From an uncultured Chloroflexia bacterium (GTDB taxonomy: Bacteria; Chloroflexota; Anaerolineae; CG2-30-64-16), in NCBI GenBank assembly GCA_963774265.1, contig CAVZDU010000001.1, forward strand, positions 160,001 to 224,000: 64,000 nt of DNA, in the 5' to 3' direction. Below, one piece after another: positions 33,427 through 46,200 of this stretch. How positions within the stretch are numbered: position 1 is the first letter of the stretch; every line of letters begins with the position of its first letter. The notes beneath the pieces were generated by a model, which saw nothing but the letters and a program-made list of their open reading frames with translations, did no database searches and was not told the origin of the DNA. The translations under genes and the position numbers were made by a program.

Positions 33427-34266
33427 CTATTTGAAGGGAGTTGTCTTCATGCCGGTGAAAGCGCGCACCTGGGCGGTGATCCCGCGCTCGACGGGCAGGC
33501 GTTCCATACTGGTCGCGCCGTAGAACCCGTTGATGCCAGGCATGCGCTGCAGCGCCCCGGCCACGTTCTCAGGATCATCAAACGGCCCGCCGTGGCAGAT
33601 CACCAGGATATCCTTGCGGATGCTGCGCGCCGCTGCTGCGATTCGGGTGGTGGTGTCAATAGCCTCGTCCATGGTCATCGCCACCGCCGCGCCGATCGTC
33701 CCGCCTGTCGTCAGGCCGACGTGCGCCACGATCATATCCGCACCGGCCTTGGTCATCGCAATGGCTTCTTCTTCGGTGAAGCAGTACGGTGTGGTCAACA
33801 GATCCATCTCGCGCGCCAGGCGCACCATCTCAACTTCTTTGTCATAGCCCAGTCCGGTGGCTTCCATGTTCGCGCGCATCTTGCCGTCAAACAGACCCAC
33901 GGTGGGGAAGTTCTGCACGCCCGAGAACCCCGTTTCTTTGACCTGCTTCAGGAACACAGGCATCAGGCGGAAGGGGTCAGTGGCATTCACGCCGGCCAGC
34001 ACAGGCGTCTTTTTAACCACCGGCAGCACCTCACCGGCCATCTCCATCACGATCGCGTTCGCGTCGCCATAGGCGAACAGCCCGGTGATCGAAACGCGCC
34101 CGGCCATCCGGTAGCGCCCGGTGTTGTAGATCACGATCAGATCAATTCCGCCGGCCTCTTCACATTTAGCCGAAATACCCGTCCCGGCGCCTCCACCAAT
34201 GATGGGGGTGCCCGCGGCAGCTTTGGCATACAGCTTCTTCAGGATCTCTTCACGCGAAATAGCCAT
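33427..34266 (-). CDS. Tm-1-associated TIM-barrel protein (PEP hydrolase-like family)
   Basis: IIGGGAGTGISAKCEEAGGIDLIVIYN.GRYRMAGR, GVQNFPTVG, CHGGP, GATSMERLP. Confidence 0.85.
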   Translation of the reverse strand: MAISREEILKKLYAKAAAGTPIIGGGAGTGISAKCEEAGGIDLIVIYNTGRYRMAGRVSITGLFAYGDANAIVMEMAGEVLPVVKKTPVLAGVNATDPFRLMPVFLKQVKETGFSGVQNFPTVGLFDGKMRANMEATGLGYDKEVEMVRLAREMDLLTTPYCFTEEEAIAMTKAGADMIVAHVGLTTGGTIGAAVAMTMDEAIDTTTRIAAAARSIRKDILVICHGGPFDDPENVAGALQRMPGINGFYGATSMERLPVERGITAQVRAFTGMKTTPFK

Positions 34267-34292
34267 TCTTGATTCTCCTGTCTGTCGGTTTC

Positions 34293-35519
34293 CTAGCCTT
34301 TTTTCAACATCGCCAGCAGCGTTTCTGCCACCCTGCCCGAAAAGGCCGGATTGTTCACGTCCAGATCGCTGATTTCCACCGGGATATCCGCGCGCAGATC
34401 GGCGGTCAGCGCATCCACGAAGGCCTGGTCGGCTTCCGGCCACCAAAAGGGCTTGCCGGGAAAATCCACCTCGGAAAAGCCGCCCATCGGAATGAACACT
34501 CGCACCGGTCCGCTGGCCGCGTTGAGCTTCTCTGCGAATACGCGCCCCATGCGCCGGTTTTCTTCGATATTCGTGCGCATCAGCGTCACGTTGGGGTTCC
34601 ATTTGTAGAATAGCCGGTCAGAGTACCTGGTCGGGATGGTTTCCGGCGCCCAAAAATTGCACATATCAATACAGGCCGGGGTGACCACCTGCGGCACGCC
34701 CGCGCGACCAGCGGCTTCCAAGCGGTGTGGGCCGGCGCTCAATACGCCCCCGCACACCTCATCCGCCCACTCAGTAGTCGTCAGATCCAGTACGCCGTCA
34801 AAATAGCCACTGTCGGTCAGCATTTCCATCGTCTTGCCGCCCGCGCCAGTGGCATGGAAGACCAGCACCTCGTAGCCGGCCGCTTCCATGATCTGGCGGG
34901 CGTGATCCACCGCCCGGGTGGTGTTGCCAAATTGCGTCGCGGCGATCAGCGGGCGTTCCTGCTCGGCGCCCGCCGTCTCGGCGACTGCCACACCGCTCAC
35001 CAAACCGCAGATGGCCCCGGCCGCGTTGGTAAAGATCGTGCGGCTGATGCGGTTCAGCCCGGCCACATCGACGATCGAGGGCATCATGGTGATGTCAGTG
35101 GTGCCGACATAGGCGCTGGTATCGCCCGAAGCCACCGTGCTGACCATCAACTTGGGCACCCCCACCGGCAGGGAGCGCATGGCGCTGGTGCCCATCACCG
35201 TGCCGCCGCCTCCGCCCATGGAAATCATGCCGTCGAACGCGCCCGTGTCATAATACTTGCGCGCAACGACAGCCACGCCGCGCACCATCACCGCCATGGC
35301 CTCACCGCGGTCTTTCTTCGCGATCAGCTCGGCCAGGGACGCGCCCCCGGCTTCAGCCACTTCAGCCGCGCTGATATCCGGCGCAAACGCCGGCTCGCCC
35401 AACACACCCACGTTGATCACCAGCGTGCGGCAGCCGCGCTTTTCAATCTCCGCTTTGAGAAAAGCAAACTCCGGCCCTTTGGTATCCAGGGCAGCCACGA
35501 TCGCCACGGTTTTTGCCAT
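34293..35519 (-). CDS. UPF0261 / Tm-1-like ATP-binding domain protein
   Basis: LDTKG.E, GGGGGT, LPVGVPKLMVSTVASG, SIVDVAGLNRIS, VFHATG.GG, DLTTTE, TLMRT. Confidence 0.88.
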   Translation of the reverse strand: MAKTVAIVAALDTKGPEFAFLKAEIEKRGCRTLVINVGVLGEPAFAPDISAAEVAEAGGASLAELIAKKDRGEAMAVMVRGVAVVARKYYDTGAFDGMISMGGGGGTVMGTSAMRSLPVGVPKLMVSTVASGDTSAYVGTTDITMMPSIVDVAGLNRISRTIFTNAAGAICGLVSGVAVAETAGAEQERPLIAATQFGNTTRAVDHARQIMEAAGYEVLVFHATGAGGKTMEMLTDSGYFDGVLDLTTTEWADEVCGGVLSAGPHRLEAAGRAGVPQVVTPACIDMCNFWAPETIPTRYSDRLFYKWNPNVTLMRTNIEENRRMGRVFAEKLNAASGPVRVFIPMGGFSEVDFPGKPFWWPEADQAFVDALTADLRADIPVEISDLDVNNPAFSGRVAETLLAMLKKG

Positions 35520-35530
35520 TGGAAAGCCTC

Positions 35531-36233
<703 letters not shown>

Positions 36234-36241
<8 letters not shown>

Positions 36242-36998
36242 AGGAGCTCCCCAGATATACTTCTTGCACTTCCTGATTGGCGCGGATCTCTGCCGGGGTT
36301 CCTTCGGCGATGACCTTGCCACGGTTTAGCACGGTGATGCGGTCAGCCAGGTCGAGCACGATTTCCATATCGTGTTCGATGAGAATCAAGGTCACATCCC
36401 GCGGTAGTTCGCGGATCAATCCGGACAGGATCACCCGCTCGGAGGGAGACAAGCCCGCGGCAGGTTCGTCCAGCATAATCAGGCGCGGGCGCATGGCAAT
36501 CACCATGCCCACTTCCAGCTGGCGCTGCAGCCCGTGCGACAGGTCAGCCACCTTGTGGTCGAGATAATCGGCCAACCCTACCTGTCCGGCGACCTCGCGA
36601 GCCCATTCGCGTTCTGCTTTGCGGCCCTGCCACAGGTTGAGAAAGTGAAATGTCAGTCCCTGGTTGGCCACGCTCGCCAAAAACAGGTTTTCTTCCACTG
36701 TCAGGCTGAGGAACAACTGCGAAATCTGGTAGGTGCGCCCCAGCCCCATGCGGGCGCGCTGTTGGACGGACTTACGGGTGATATCGTGATCAAAAACAAC
36801 GATGCGCCCCTCGTCGGCCGGCAGCTCGCCCGCGATCACGTTAAATAGGGTGGTTTTACCGGCGCCGTTGGGGCCGATCAAAGCACGCCGTTCTCCGATG
36901 GGCACGGACAGATGAACTGACCGCACCGCTTGAACGCCACCAAAGCTTTTGGAGACAGACGTTACCACGAGGGCATGCTTCTGATCGGGCTTATCCAT
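36234..36998 (-). CDS. Liv-type ABC ATPase (LivG-like)
   Basis: GPNGAGKTT, LSHG.QR.LE, DEPAAGL, IEHDM. Confidence 0.92.
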
Positions 36999-37058
36999 TG
37001 GGTTGGCTACTCCTGGTTGCAACTCACTGGCTTCCAACCCCCTCTCCGCGCCGGGGTC

Positions 37059-37092
37059 GCCCTCGCCTCCGGGCATTGCCGGAGGCGAGGGC
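37059..37092. other. GC-rich intergenic stem-loop after the substrate-binding gene (mRNA stabiliser or attenuator)
   Basis: GCCCTCGCCTCCGG-N6-CCGGAGGCGAGGGC, 14-bp perfect stem. Confidence 0.55.
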
Positions 37093-37124
37093 ACGCAAAG
37101 CGGGCGCCGAGGGAGAGCTCGGTT

Positions 37125-38576
37125 CTACTTGCCGAACTGGACGTAGGTGTACGCGCTGTCGGCCTTCAGCATATCCGGCGCCATATCCGAGCACTTGTCA
37201 GGCGGGAAGGTGTTGCCGTCGGGCTTCTGCGCCATGTAGATATCCGGATTGTATGGGCCAAACTGGCTGACATTCGTCACCGTCAACAGACCCTTGTTGT
37301 ATAACGTGCCGTCGGCAGCCTTGGTCACCTCGCGGATATACACGTTCTCGATGGCGGCATGCCACTTGGGATCCAGCTTGACAGGTCCGCGTGGATCGTC
37401 CGTCAGATCGACGGCCAGCATGGCATCCACCAGCGCGGTCTTGTCTGTGATGTCACCCTTGCGAGCGTCGATCGCGCGCAGGATGACGAGCATGGAAGAA
37501 TAGGCGAACTCGGAGGCCGCCGACGGAGAATGGCCCCATTTCGCCATGAACGCGTCCTTGAACTTGGTCCATTCGGGAGTCGCCAGGTCATCGGCCGTGT
37601 GATGTGGCGAGAGCGAACCGGCGATGTCGGCGGGCATGGAATCCAGATCGGGTTTTTCGAAGGTGTTCGACTGCCCGACCAGGGGCATCTTGGCAACCAT
37701 GCCGAGCTCGGCGTACTGCTTGATGAAGTTGACCGCATCGCCGCCCGCGCCGTTATACAGCACCGCGTCGTAGCCCTTATCCAGCGGGATGGACGCGATC
37801 ATCGAGGAGAAGTCAGAGGTGGTGCCCGGAGGGAACCACACGCTGGTCACTTCCTCGCCACCGCCGCGGCAGAAGCCGCGCTTGAAACCGCCGCCCTGAT
37901 TCCAGGGGTAGGAGTAGTCTTCACCGATTTGGTAGATCTTCTTATAGCCCTTTTCCTTGGCCAACCAGTAACCGAACACGTCCATCGACTGGGCGCCGGT
38001 CCAGGTGGTGCGCACGATCATCGGGTAGAACGAGCGCATGGTCATGTCCTCGGAAGCCGAGTACATGGGCACCACCGGAATGCCCTTGTCCTTCATGTAA
38101 TCGCCCACGGCCAGGCCTTCATCGCCCGAGACCATACCGGTCAGGATGTCAACCTTATCCTGCTCGACCAGTTTCTTGGCCTTGGTGACGGCCTGCTCGT
38201 TGTCGAGCTGATCGTCTTCGTAAATGACGGTGATCGTCTTGCCGCCGGCCGTGTACTTGGCCTGCTCCAGCGCCAGTTCCGCGCCTTCCTTCTGCATCTT
38301 GCCGAAAGAAGAGAACACGCCGGTGAACGCGCTGATGAAGCCGATCTTGATTTCGCCGCCCGCCGCGGGAGCCGCCGGGGCCTCAGTGGCTGCGGGGGCC
38401 GCCGCAGGGGCCTGGGTGGCCGCCGGGGCTGCCGCAGGGGCCTGGGTGGCCGCCGGGGCTGCCGCAGGGGCCTGGGTGGCTGCCGGGGCTGCCGGAGCCG
38501 GCGCGGGCGCGCAGCCCGCAAACAGCATCGAGGCCATGAGGATCATGGACAGCACGACAAAGAATTTCTTGTCCAT
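37125..38576 (-). CDS. Liv-type ABC substrate-binding lipoprotein
   Basis: Lipobox FAGC, APAATQAPAA linker, IKIGF, EDD, KKLVEQDKVD. Confidence 0.88.
   Translation of the reverse strand: MDKKFFVVLSMILMASMLFAGCAPAPAPAAPAATQAPAAAPAATQAPAAAPAATQAPAAAPAATEAPAAPAAGGEIKIGFISAFTGVFSSFGKMQKEGAELALEQAKYTAGGKTITVIYEDDQLDNEQAVTKAKKLVEQDKVDILTGMVSGDEGLAVGDYMKDKGIPVVPMYSASEDMTMRSFYPMIVRTTWTGAQSMDVFGYWLAKEKGYKKIYQIGEDYSYPWNQGGGFKRGFCRGGGEEVTSVWFPPGTTSDFSSMIASIPLDKGYDAVLYNGAGGDAVNFIKQYAELGMVAKMPLVGQSNTFEKPDLDSMPADIAGSLSPHHTADDLATPEWTKFKDAFMAKWGHSPSAASEFAYSSMLVILRAIDARKGDITDKTALVDAMLAVDLTDDPRGPVKLDPKWHAAIENVYIREVTKAADGTLYNKGLLTVTNVSQFGPYNPDIYMAQKPDGNTFPPDKCSDMAPDMLKADSAYTYVQFGK
38371..38490. repeat. 30-bp tandem repeat (3 near-exact copies + 1 degenerate) encoding the APAATQAPAA linker
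   Basis: GCCGCAGGGGCCTGGGTGGCCGCCGGGGCT units at 38401, 38431, 38461. Confidence 0.85.
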
Positions 38577-38643
38577 TTTTCTTCTCCTTTAAATCTAGTC
38601 AGTCTGATCGAAGCATAGGGTCACCTCAGGGAGCAGTTACAGC

Positions 38644-39660
38644 TCATCCGCCTCCTTTCTCCTGTGGCCCACTTCCCTGAGCGGGCCGCCCGAAAAAGCC
38701 GCGCAGGAAGGCCAGCTTCTCGCCTTTGCGAATCGAATCCAGCAGCCCCAGGATACCTGTCGGGGAAAACAGCACCGTCAGGACGAAGATGATGCCAATG
38801 ACCGTATTGTAGCGCTCGGTCACCTGGCTGATGAGCACATCCAGCCAGACTGCAATGACGGTGCCCACCACCGGGCCCCAGAAGTAGCTGGCCCCGCCCA
38901 GGATCACCATGAGCAGCACCCAGATGGTGCGGCTGAGTTGGATGGTCGTAGGGGTGATAATGCCGGTGTTGTACGTCGCCAGGATGCCGCCGATCCCGGC
39001 GTAGACCGCGGCGATCAGGAAGGCCACCACGCGGATCCAGTAGACCGGGTAACCCAGCGCAGCCATCCGGCGGGGGCTCTCCCGCACGCCGTTCAGCACC
39101 AGGCCAAAAGGCGAGCGGGTGATGCGCCGCAACAGGACCAACCCCAGCACAAACAGCACCAGCGAAGCCCAGTAATAGTTGCTCGTATTGTTGAAGTTCA
39201 CCCCTAAGATGGTGAAAGGGCGAATGCCGCGGATACCCGCCCAGCCGTGCAGCAATGTAGTGTTCTGCTGCGCAAAGGCCCAGCAGATTTGCCCGAAGGC
39301 CAGGGTGATCATCAGAAATACAATCTTGTGGGTGCGCATGGCGATCATCCCGAAGAACAACGCCAGCAGCAGCACCACGCACACGGCAATGACATCTGCC
39401 AGGGGGAAGGGGATGCCGCGCTCGTAGCCCAGCAGGCCGATCGCATACCCCGCCGTGCCAAAGAATGCGCTCTGCGTCAGGCTGACCATGCCGCCCTGTC
39501 CGATCAAGAAACCCATGCTCAGGGACAGGAAACCGAAATAGATGATGCGGATGAAAGTAGTGATGGTGTATTGCTGCGCATATAGCGGCAGCAATACCAA
39601 CAGCACAGCCGCCACCAACCCTAGTGCCAGCCTGGGGAGATTTGCGCGATTCAGGCTCAT
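38644..39660 (-). CDS. Liv-type ABC permease (LivM-like)
   Basis: GQGGMVSL, FLMITLAFGQ, SPFG.VL.GVRES, MVILGG...WGPVVG. Confidence 0.88.
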   Translation of the reverse strand: MSLNRANLPRLALGLVAAVLLVLLPLYAQQYTITTFIRIIYFGFLSLSMGFLIGQGGMVSLTQSAFFGTAGYAIGLLGYERGIPFPLADVIAVCVVLLLALFFGMIAMRTHKIVFLMITLAFGQICWAFAQQNTTLLHGWAGIRGIRPFTILGVNFNNTSNYYWASLVLFVLGLVLLRRITRSPFGLVLNGVRESPRRMAALGYPVYWIRVVAFLIAAVYAGIGGILATYNTGIITPTTIQLSRTIWVLLMVILGGASYFWGPVVGTVIAVWLDVLISQVTERYNTVIGIIFVLTVLFSPTGILGLLDSIRKGEKLAFLRGFFGRPAQGSGPQEKGGG

Positions 39661-40518
39661 AGCTGCCTCCCAAGCAGACCCTGAGGACGGATCGCCAGCA
39701 CCAACGCCATGGGGATGAAGATCAGGAAGTACGAGTACTGCGGCATATAGGCCAGCCCGAAGGAGATGATCTGCCCCAGGATGAGCGAACTGACAAATGC
39801 GCCTGCCAGGCTGCCCATCCCGCCCAGAATGATCACCACCAGTGAATAGGTCAGGATGGTGGTATCCCCGCCAGGGGAAAGCTGCAGGTACGAACCGCCC
39901 AGCACCCCGGCGAAACCCACCAGCAGCGAGGCCAGCACAAACACGAAGGTGTAGATTACGTTGATATTGACGCCCAGCGCGCTCGACCGTCTCGCGGTCA
40001 TCCACGCCCGCGCGCACCGCCGCGCCCAGCTTGGTCCGATACAGCACCAACCACAGCACGACTGCAATCAATACCGCCAGCCCCATGAGGACATAGCGAA
40101 ACCCGGGATAGGTGACGCCCAGGATGGTGATGGACGGGTTGAACACTTTGGGCACATTCAGCGTCAGCGGGTGGCGTTCCCAGAAGACCAGCGCCAGGTC
40201 TGCGATAATCATCGAAAGTGCCACGGTTAGCAGCGTTTCGGGCAGATCGCCGCCGCGCACGCGCGCCAGCATGGTGCGCTCAAAGACAAAGCCCAGCAGC
40301 GCGATCGACAACCCACCCGCCAGCAGCGCCAGCGGCCAGTTCCCCGTGGCTTTGACCACCGAGTAACCGATGTACCCGCCCAGCATGTAAAACGCGCCGT
40401 GCGCCAGATTGACCACGCGCATCAACCCGAAGGCCAGGGTCAAGCCGCTGCCCAGCACGAACAGGATGGCCGCCTGCGTCAGGCCGTTGAGGATCAAGAG
40501 GGCTAGTTTAAGCTCCAT
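39657..40518 (-). CDS. Liv-type ABC permease (LivH-like); frameshift near 39985
   Basis: GLTLAFGLMRVVNLAHGAFYM, TKLGAAVRA, VVIILGGMGSL, IRPQGLLG. Confidence 0.88.
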
Positions 40519-42036
40519 CGCTTCTTCCAGATCTTCCTTCGGGGATAAGGCCGGCTTGTGCGCGGCTGCCACATTATACAGCAAAATTGTCTGCGCCGCC
40601 CAACCTACCTGCAACGGACTCTTCAACTCTGTACAATGTGGTATCATGTTGGTCAGCCACGGACCAAGTTGAGCCCACTCGTCGACCCTGCCGTAGGAGG
40701 AAGTTCCATGCTCCACGCGTTCGCCATCCCGCTTCTCGCCCGGCTTGGGCTCGTCATAGCACTCCTGGCGCCCCAGGGCCTGCCTATGACCCAACTGGCG
40801 CCCCCGGCGCACCCGAAATCTGCCCCCGCGGTTGAGCGGCCTGCCGTTCCCGCGGCGCCGCAAAGCGAGGTCACCCTCAACCCCGCCGCCGACGCCACGA
40901 TCTCCGTTGGCTCTCCCGACACCAACCTCGGCGGCGACGCGCTCTTGTGGACGCAGATGGGCTCCTTCATGAAGGTCCAGTCAGATCCCGCTGCCGGCGT
41001 CAACACGGGCCCGCGCGAACAGGCGCCGAGGAGCCCGGCCTGGGAGCCGACGCAACGGGCCTTGCTGCGATTTGACCTGCCGGCCGGCGTCGTGATCGAT
41101 GCGGCGCGGCTCCTCCTGAAGCCCGATCAGGCGGGGGGTGCGGATTCCGTGGTGCTGACCGCCTACCAGATCACCTCGGACTGGACGGAGATGGGCGTCA
41201 CTTGGAATAACCAGCCGCCCCGGGGGTCGCTCTACGCGCAAGGCACCGTGGGTGTGGCAACCTCGTGGGTCGCCTGGGACGTCACGGAGATCGCCCGCGC
41301 CTGGCAGGCAGGTCCGAACTACGGCCTGTTGTTGGAGCCCGCGGAACCGACTACCGTCGTCTGGTACCGGTCGTTTCTAAGCCGGGATCGGAATCCCGTC
41401 CAGAACCTGCCGCAGTTGGTGGTCACCTACCATCTTCCCAACGCCACCCTCTACGCGCCTCCCGGCGGACGGCCCGGCGCCGAGCTGCCGGTGGCGGGGC
41501 AGAACTACCCGCCCAGCGCCGCGATCACCCTGCAGCTGGAGCGCGGCGGCAGCAGTTGGTCGTGCGGCAGCGCCAACGCGGATGGCGCGGGCACACTGCA
41601 GTCGCGTTGTACCGTGCCCCTGGCCCTGCCGGTCGGCGAGGCAGTCCTGAGCGCACGTTCGGTGAGTGGCGCCCTGCTGGCCTCAGCCGCGGTGCAGATC
41701 CTGGCGGGCCCCGGCTTGCAGATTTCCCCGGCGTCCGGCCCGCCTGGCACAGTGGTCCAGTACTCCGTCACGAACCTGGTCGCCGGCAGCCTGCGCCTGG
41801 ACTACGACGGTGTGCCGCTGGTCGGCCCGCGGCCCGTCGCGAGTGGCGCCGCCAGCGGCTCGTTCGTCGTGCCGGCCGACCGGCCATCGCCGCTGGGCAG
41901 CGCGACCGCGGTCAAGGCAGTCAACATCGCCGGCCGCCAGTCTGCCGGCGCGGCAGAGGTCGTCTTCCGGTCACAACCTGCCACGGCGCCCCCGAGTTTT
42001 CAGTTCACCTCGGCCAGTGCGTCCGGGGCCCACCTA

Positions 42037-43226
42037 GTGCAGAATCAGGCCACCTTTTCGGTGACAGCAAGATGTGACTCATGATCACAGCCAAAGTGCG
42101 CACAGACCCGGTCGGCCAGTTCCTGCGCCGTGAGCAGGCGAGCCGGCTCGACGACCTTGCGCTTGCCGTGCACCCAGTGCGGCTCGATGCGATTGAGCCA
42201 GGGGCTCTTGCTGGGCAAGTAGCAGGCGACGATGCGCACGCCCTGGCCTTGCTGCCTGACCGCTCGGTTGTGCGTCGCGCATCCAGTGCGCACCTCTTTG
42301 CTGATGTGCCAGGAGGCGTTGTCCCAGATCATGAGCAGCGCCTTCTTGCCCAGCTTGGCCAGCTTCTCGCAGCACCAGGCCAGGTACTGCGTGGTGACCG
42401 CACTGATCGGGCGGTCCTCGACGAAGCGCAGCCAGACCTGTTCCGGCAGGGTCTCGGGCGCCGCCGGACAGGAAACCAGCAGGCCGTAGCAAGCCAGCGC
42501 CTTGCGATCAGGATCATCCTTGGGCGCCGTCTGCTCGATCAGGCGCAAGGCCTGCGTCCTCGTCAGCCCAGGCGTGCAGGCTGCGGTTGCGTCACCCGGC
42601 TCCACCAGACCTCATCCTGAAAGCCCAAGGCGTACTCGGGATGGCGCTCGGCCAGTGCGATCAGTCGGTCGCGGTCGCTTTTTTTCGCGCATACGCCGGA
42701 TCAGGGCTGGTGATCCACTGCTTGGCCCGCTTCCAGCGCACGCCCAGCCGCTGCAGGGCCGTCCGCACCGCTTCCCGGCTGACCCGTTCCGGCGTCAGGC
42801 CCTGCTCGAAGCTGACCTCGGCGGCCAACTCCAGCGTCCACAGGCTGGTCTCTTTGCCGAAGTTGCGCGGACTCTGGTGCAGCAGCGCCCTGCAGTTGCT
42901 CGGCCTGGGCCGCATCAAAGCCACGCTCGATGGTGTGCGCTACCGACGAACCGGCCGTCAAGCGCCTCCAGCCCCGCCCGGTTGAAGGCATTGATGGCAT
43001 TGAGGGCCGTATCGGTGTCACAGCCCAACTCGGCCGCAATCTGCGAGGCCCGCTTGCCGCTCGCACTCGCCAGCAGAATCTGGCAGCGCCGCAGCACGAA
43101 GGCATCACGCGAGCGCAGCCCGGCCGTCAAGGCGGCTCGCTCCTCATCGGTCAATTGTCGAACGTAGATCGGTGCTCTTGCCATGCCGCATAGATAACAC
43201 ACCGATCACCCGATCTGCAACTACAC
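42037..43226 (-). mobile_element. IS630-family element in a CTAG site (TA duplicated)
   Basis: TA|GTG...CAC|TA ends (TA at 42035-36 and 43227-28); IS630-type transposase inside. Confidence 0.88.
42045..43184 (-). CDS. IS630 transposase, split by an A7G slippery site (42679-42685) and extra indels
   Basis: RRCQILLAS, WTLELAAEV, WKRAK.WITSPDP.YARKK, IWDNASWH, LPSKSPWLNRIE.HW. Confidence 0.85.
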
Positions 43227-46200
43227 TAGCGCCCGGCGAAACCTTCACCGTGACCGGCCACATCAGCCCGGCCGCCGGGGCCGCGCTCCAGGGTTACCAG
43301 GTGCTGGCGATGTGGCAGGACAGCGCAGGTCACGCCATCCCCATCAGTCTCCAGCCCGGTACGATCGGCGCCGATGGGCAGTTCCGGGTGCACGCCCGCC
43401 GCGCCCAGCCTGCGCTTGGGCGATGCCTGGTCGAGCGCAGGCTCCGCCGAAGGACTCCACCTGACGTTGTTCGAGCCCGGCTCCGAGAAAAGCGCCGATT
43501 TCCGCACAGCGTACACCGGGTCCTTCTCACTGGCCCTGCAGGTACACGTGACCAGCAGCCTGGACGGGCACGAGATCGAGAATGCCGTGGTGAGGATCGA
43601 GGACTACGGCGGCTTGAAACCCCAAACTCGGGACGAGACGAATCAACTCGGAGGCTGGGCCAAGGCTCAGTTTGGGAACCTCGATCTAAAGAACTACCTC
43701 TGCAGCAAACCGTGGGCGCAGGAGACCACGCCGGCGGGAGAGGCCCTGGTCCAGTTGCCCCATGCCGAGGCGCTGGAAGTCAATCCCTGGTACGGCGACC
43801 TGGAAGCAGATGTCTTTAAGAAGGTGACAGCCCTGTCGGTCCAAGCGAGCAGCGCCACGGCCCCAGGGGGCGCCAGAGAGGCAGACGCGGCAGGCGCTGC
43901 CACCCACGAACCCGCCGACCGGCTCCCAATGGAAGCACAAAACGATCCACGTGAATGCGTTGCTGGCAGGGTTCGGCGTGCTCGGTGCAGATGGCCAATG
44001 GTACGGCTACACCACGGACGTGTACTTCAACACGCAGACCGGCGAAATCGTGGATGCCTGGAGTCACGCCCTCGGCAATCCATTCGAGGTGGTGCTCGAT
44101 CCCATCCCGGCGGGCGAGATTCCCTTCAAGTTCTCTCCCGTGCTGACCGCGGGGATTCCGGAGCCGGGCACGGACCCCACCATCTACGGCAAATTCCTGA
44201 GCTTCACCGGCATCTCGGGCGGGCTTGTGACGCTGCCGTCTGAGCTGGCCAGCGTCCAATTCGCGATCCCCTGGAAGCTGAATGATTACGTCGAGAAGGT
44301 GCGCGTGGAGCTCGCGGGGCAGGTCCTCGTGCAGGCTCCGCCGCTTCAATATCCGACGGCCGGGATGTGCAGCACGTCAGACCCCCAGATCGGCGAATGG
44401 GGGCTTTACGACTTGAAGCTCCCGTACCCGGCGATCGCGGCCGGAGTCCACGAGCTGAAGATGATCGTAAAGCTGAAGACCGGCGCCGAGGTGCCCCGGC
44501 TGCTGAAATTGCGCTTCGTCGATGCGCCGGCATGGTTCCGCATGTCGGCGGCCGGCCGGCGGTGGGCGGAGTGGAAGGGCGGCGGCTACGAGCTCCGCGA
44601 AGAACTGATTGGGCCTGAAGCAGGGACCGTCGACGCCTCGTCTACGGCAGCGGAGACGCCGAAGAGCGGCGCGGTCACCAACAAGGCAACGCTGAAAACT
44701 GTCCACACCGAGCAGATTGGCTTTGGGGGCGACGCCACCGGTGCGGCAGAGTACAGCGCTACCGGCATGAAGGTCCTGAATCAAACGGCCCAGAATGTGA
44801 CGGGCAAGGCGCAGGGGGAGCAGTCCACGGCCCTGGTGTCCGTCCAGGCGGCCAGCTCGCCGGACTCCAACTACACAATCCCGATCAACTTCTCCGAGGA
44901 ACTCTTCGACACCGGCACCCTCCCACTCATGCAAGGCGCACTCAACCTGCTGGACATTGTCGAGGTGACGGTGGGGGCAGAGGGCGGCTCGTCGGCCTGG
45001 TTGGGCATCCAGGGCAGTGTGACCGTTGGGGACGGCGCGCAGGCCATCGATCTCACGATCAAGCCCGAGGCCAGCGTATGGGGCACCTACTCGCTCGGGG
45101 TTTCTTTCCTGACGGTCGTCGCAGCCGCGAAGGCGGAGCTTTCCGCCAATCTGAATTCCCGGCTGACACTAAATGTGCACGACTACGACGTGGGCCTGGA
45201 TGGCGTCTGCTTCACGTACCAGGGTGGGACCAGGTTCTGGGCCGGGCTCATCTGCGTTCCCTACACCGAAGTTTGCCTCCTCGATGGTGAGACTGTCGAT
45301 CAGTGGCCGACATTCAAGGCGCCTTCCGGCTGCACCGGCTCGACCCAGGCGACTGCGGCGACCGCGTCACCGCCAGACTCAACGCCTGGGCCGCCGGTGG
45401 TGGGTGCGGCGCTGGCCAGCGATGGCTTCGGCCACAGCGCGGCCATCTGGCCGGGCGACCGTCAGCGCGTTGACAGCGCAGTTCTTTGACGGCGTCACGT
45501 GGGCCAAGGCCTACACGATCCCCACCGGGGTCGGCCCGGACGGTCCGGCGCTGGCCTTCTTCGCGCCGGACCGGGCAATCGCCGCCTGGTCCGAGAGCTC
45601 GCTTTCCAGCGCCGCGATCCCTCTGCCAACCTCAGCCTACACCGACGTTGTCCGATCCTATCACATCGCCACCAGCGTCTGGGACGGCTCGGCCTGGTCG
45701 GCGCCGCAAGACCTGACGCTGCCCACGACGCCGGCCACCGGCGAGGGTAGAGTGGCGCTGGCTGCCTGCCCGTCGACGGCCGCGGGCTGCCCGGCGGGCG
45801 GCGCGGCCACCGCGGTGTGGGTGCGCGACGTGGCCGGCGAGCCGGCCCAACGCGAGTTCCGTCTGTTCTACGCCACGTTCCAGGGTGGGCAGTGGAGCGC
45901 GCCGCTGCCCGTGGACCCGTCGAGCACGGGCGCCGATATGCAGCCGTCGGTCGCCTACCGGCAGGGCAAGCCGGTGGTCGCCTGGGTGCGCGACGCCGAC
46001 CGCAGCGTCGCCACCGTGTCGGACCGGCGCATCGCCTGGCGCGTCCTGGATGGCTCCAGCCCGGTGGTTGTGCCGGCCGGCCTGCCCGAGGGTATCGTGC
46101 ACCTGGCGTTGGCGGTCGACGGCGCGGGCATTCCCCAGCTCGCCTTCACCCGTGTCGACACACCCGGCGTGGCCCTGATTGACTCGCGCCATCCGCTGCA

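Noticed and set aside
33427-34602. 391-aa ORF overlapping UPF0261
   Set aside because: The true start is ATG 34266 after SD AGGAG; the extension is out-of-frame overlap.
38644-40863. 739-aa LivH-LivM fusion in the ORF track
   Set aside because: Artefact of the frameshift near 39985; LivH ends at 39657 and LivM has its own start at 39660.
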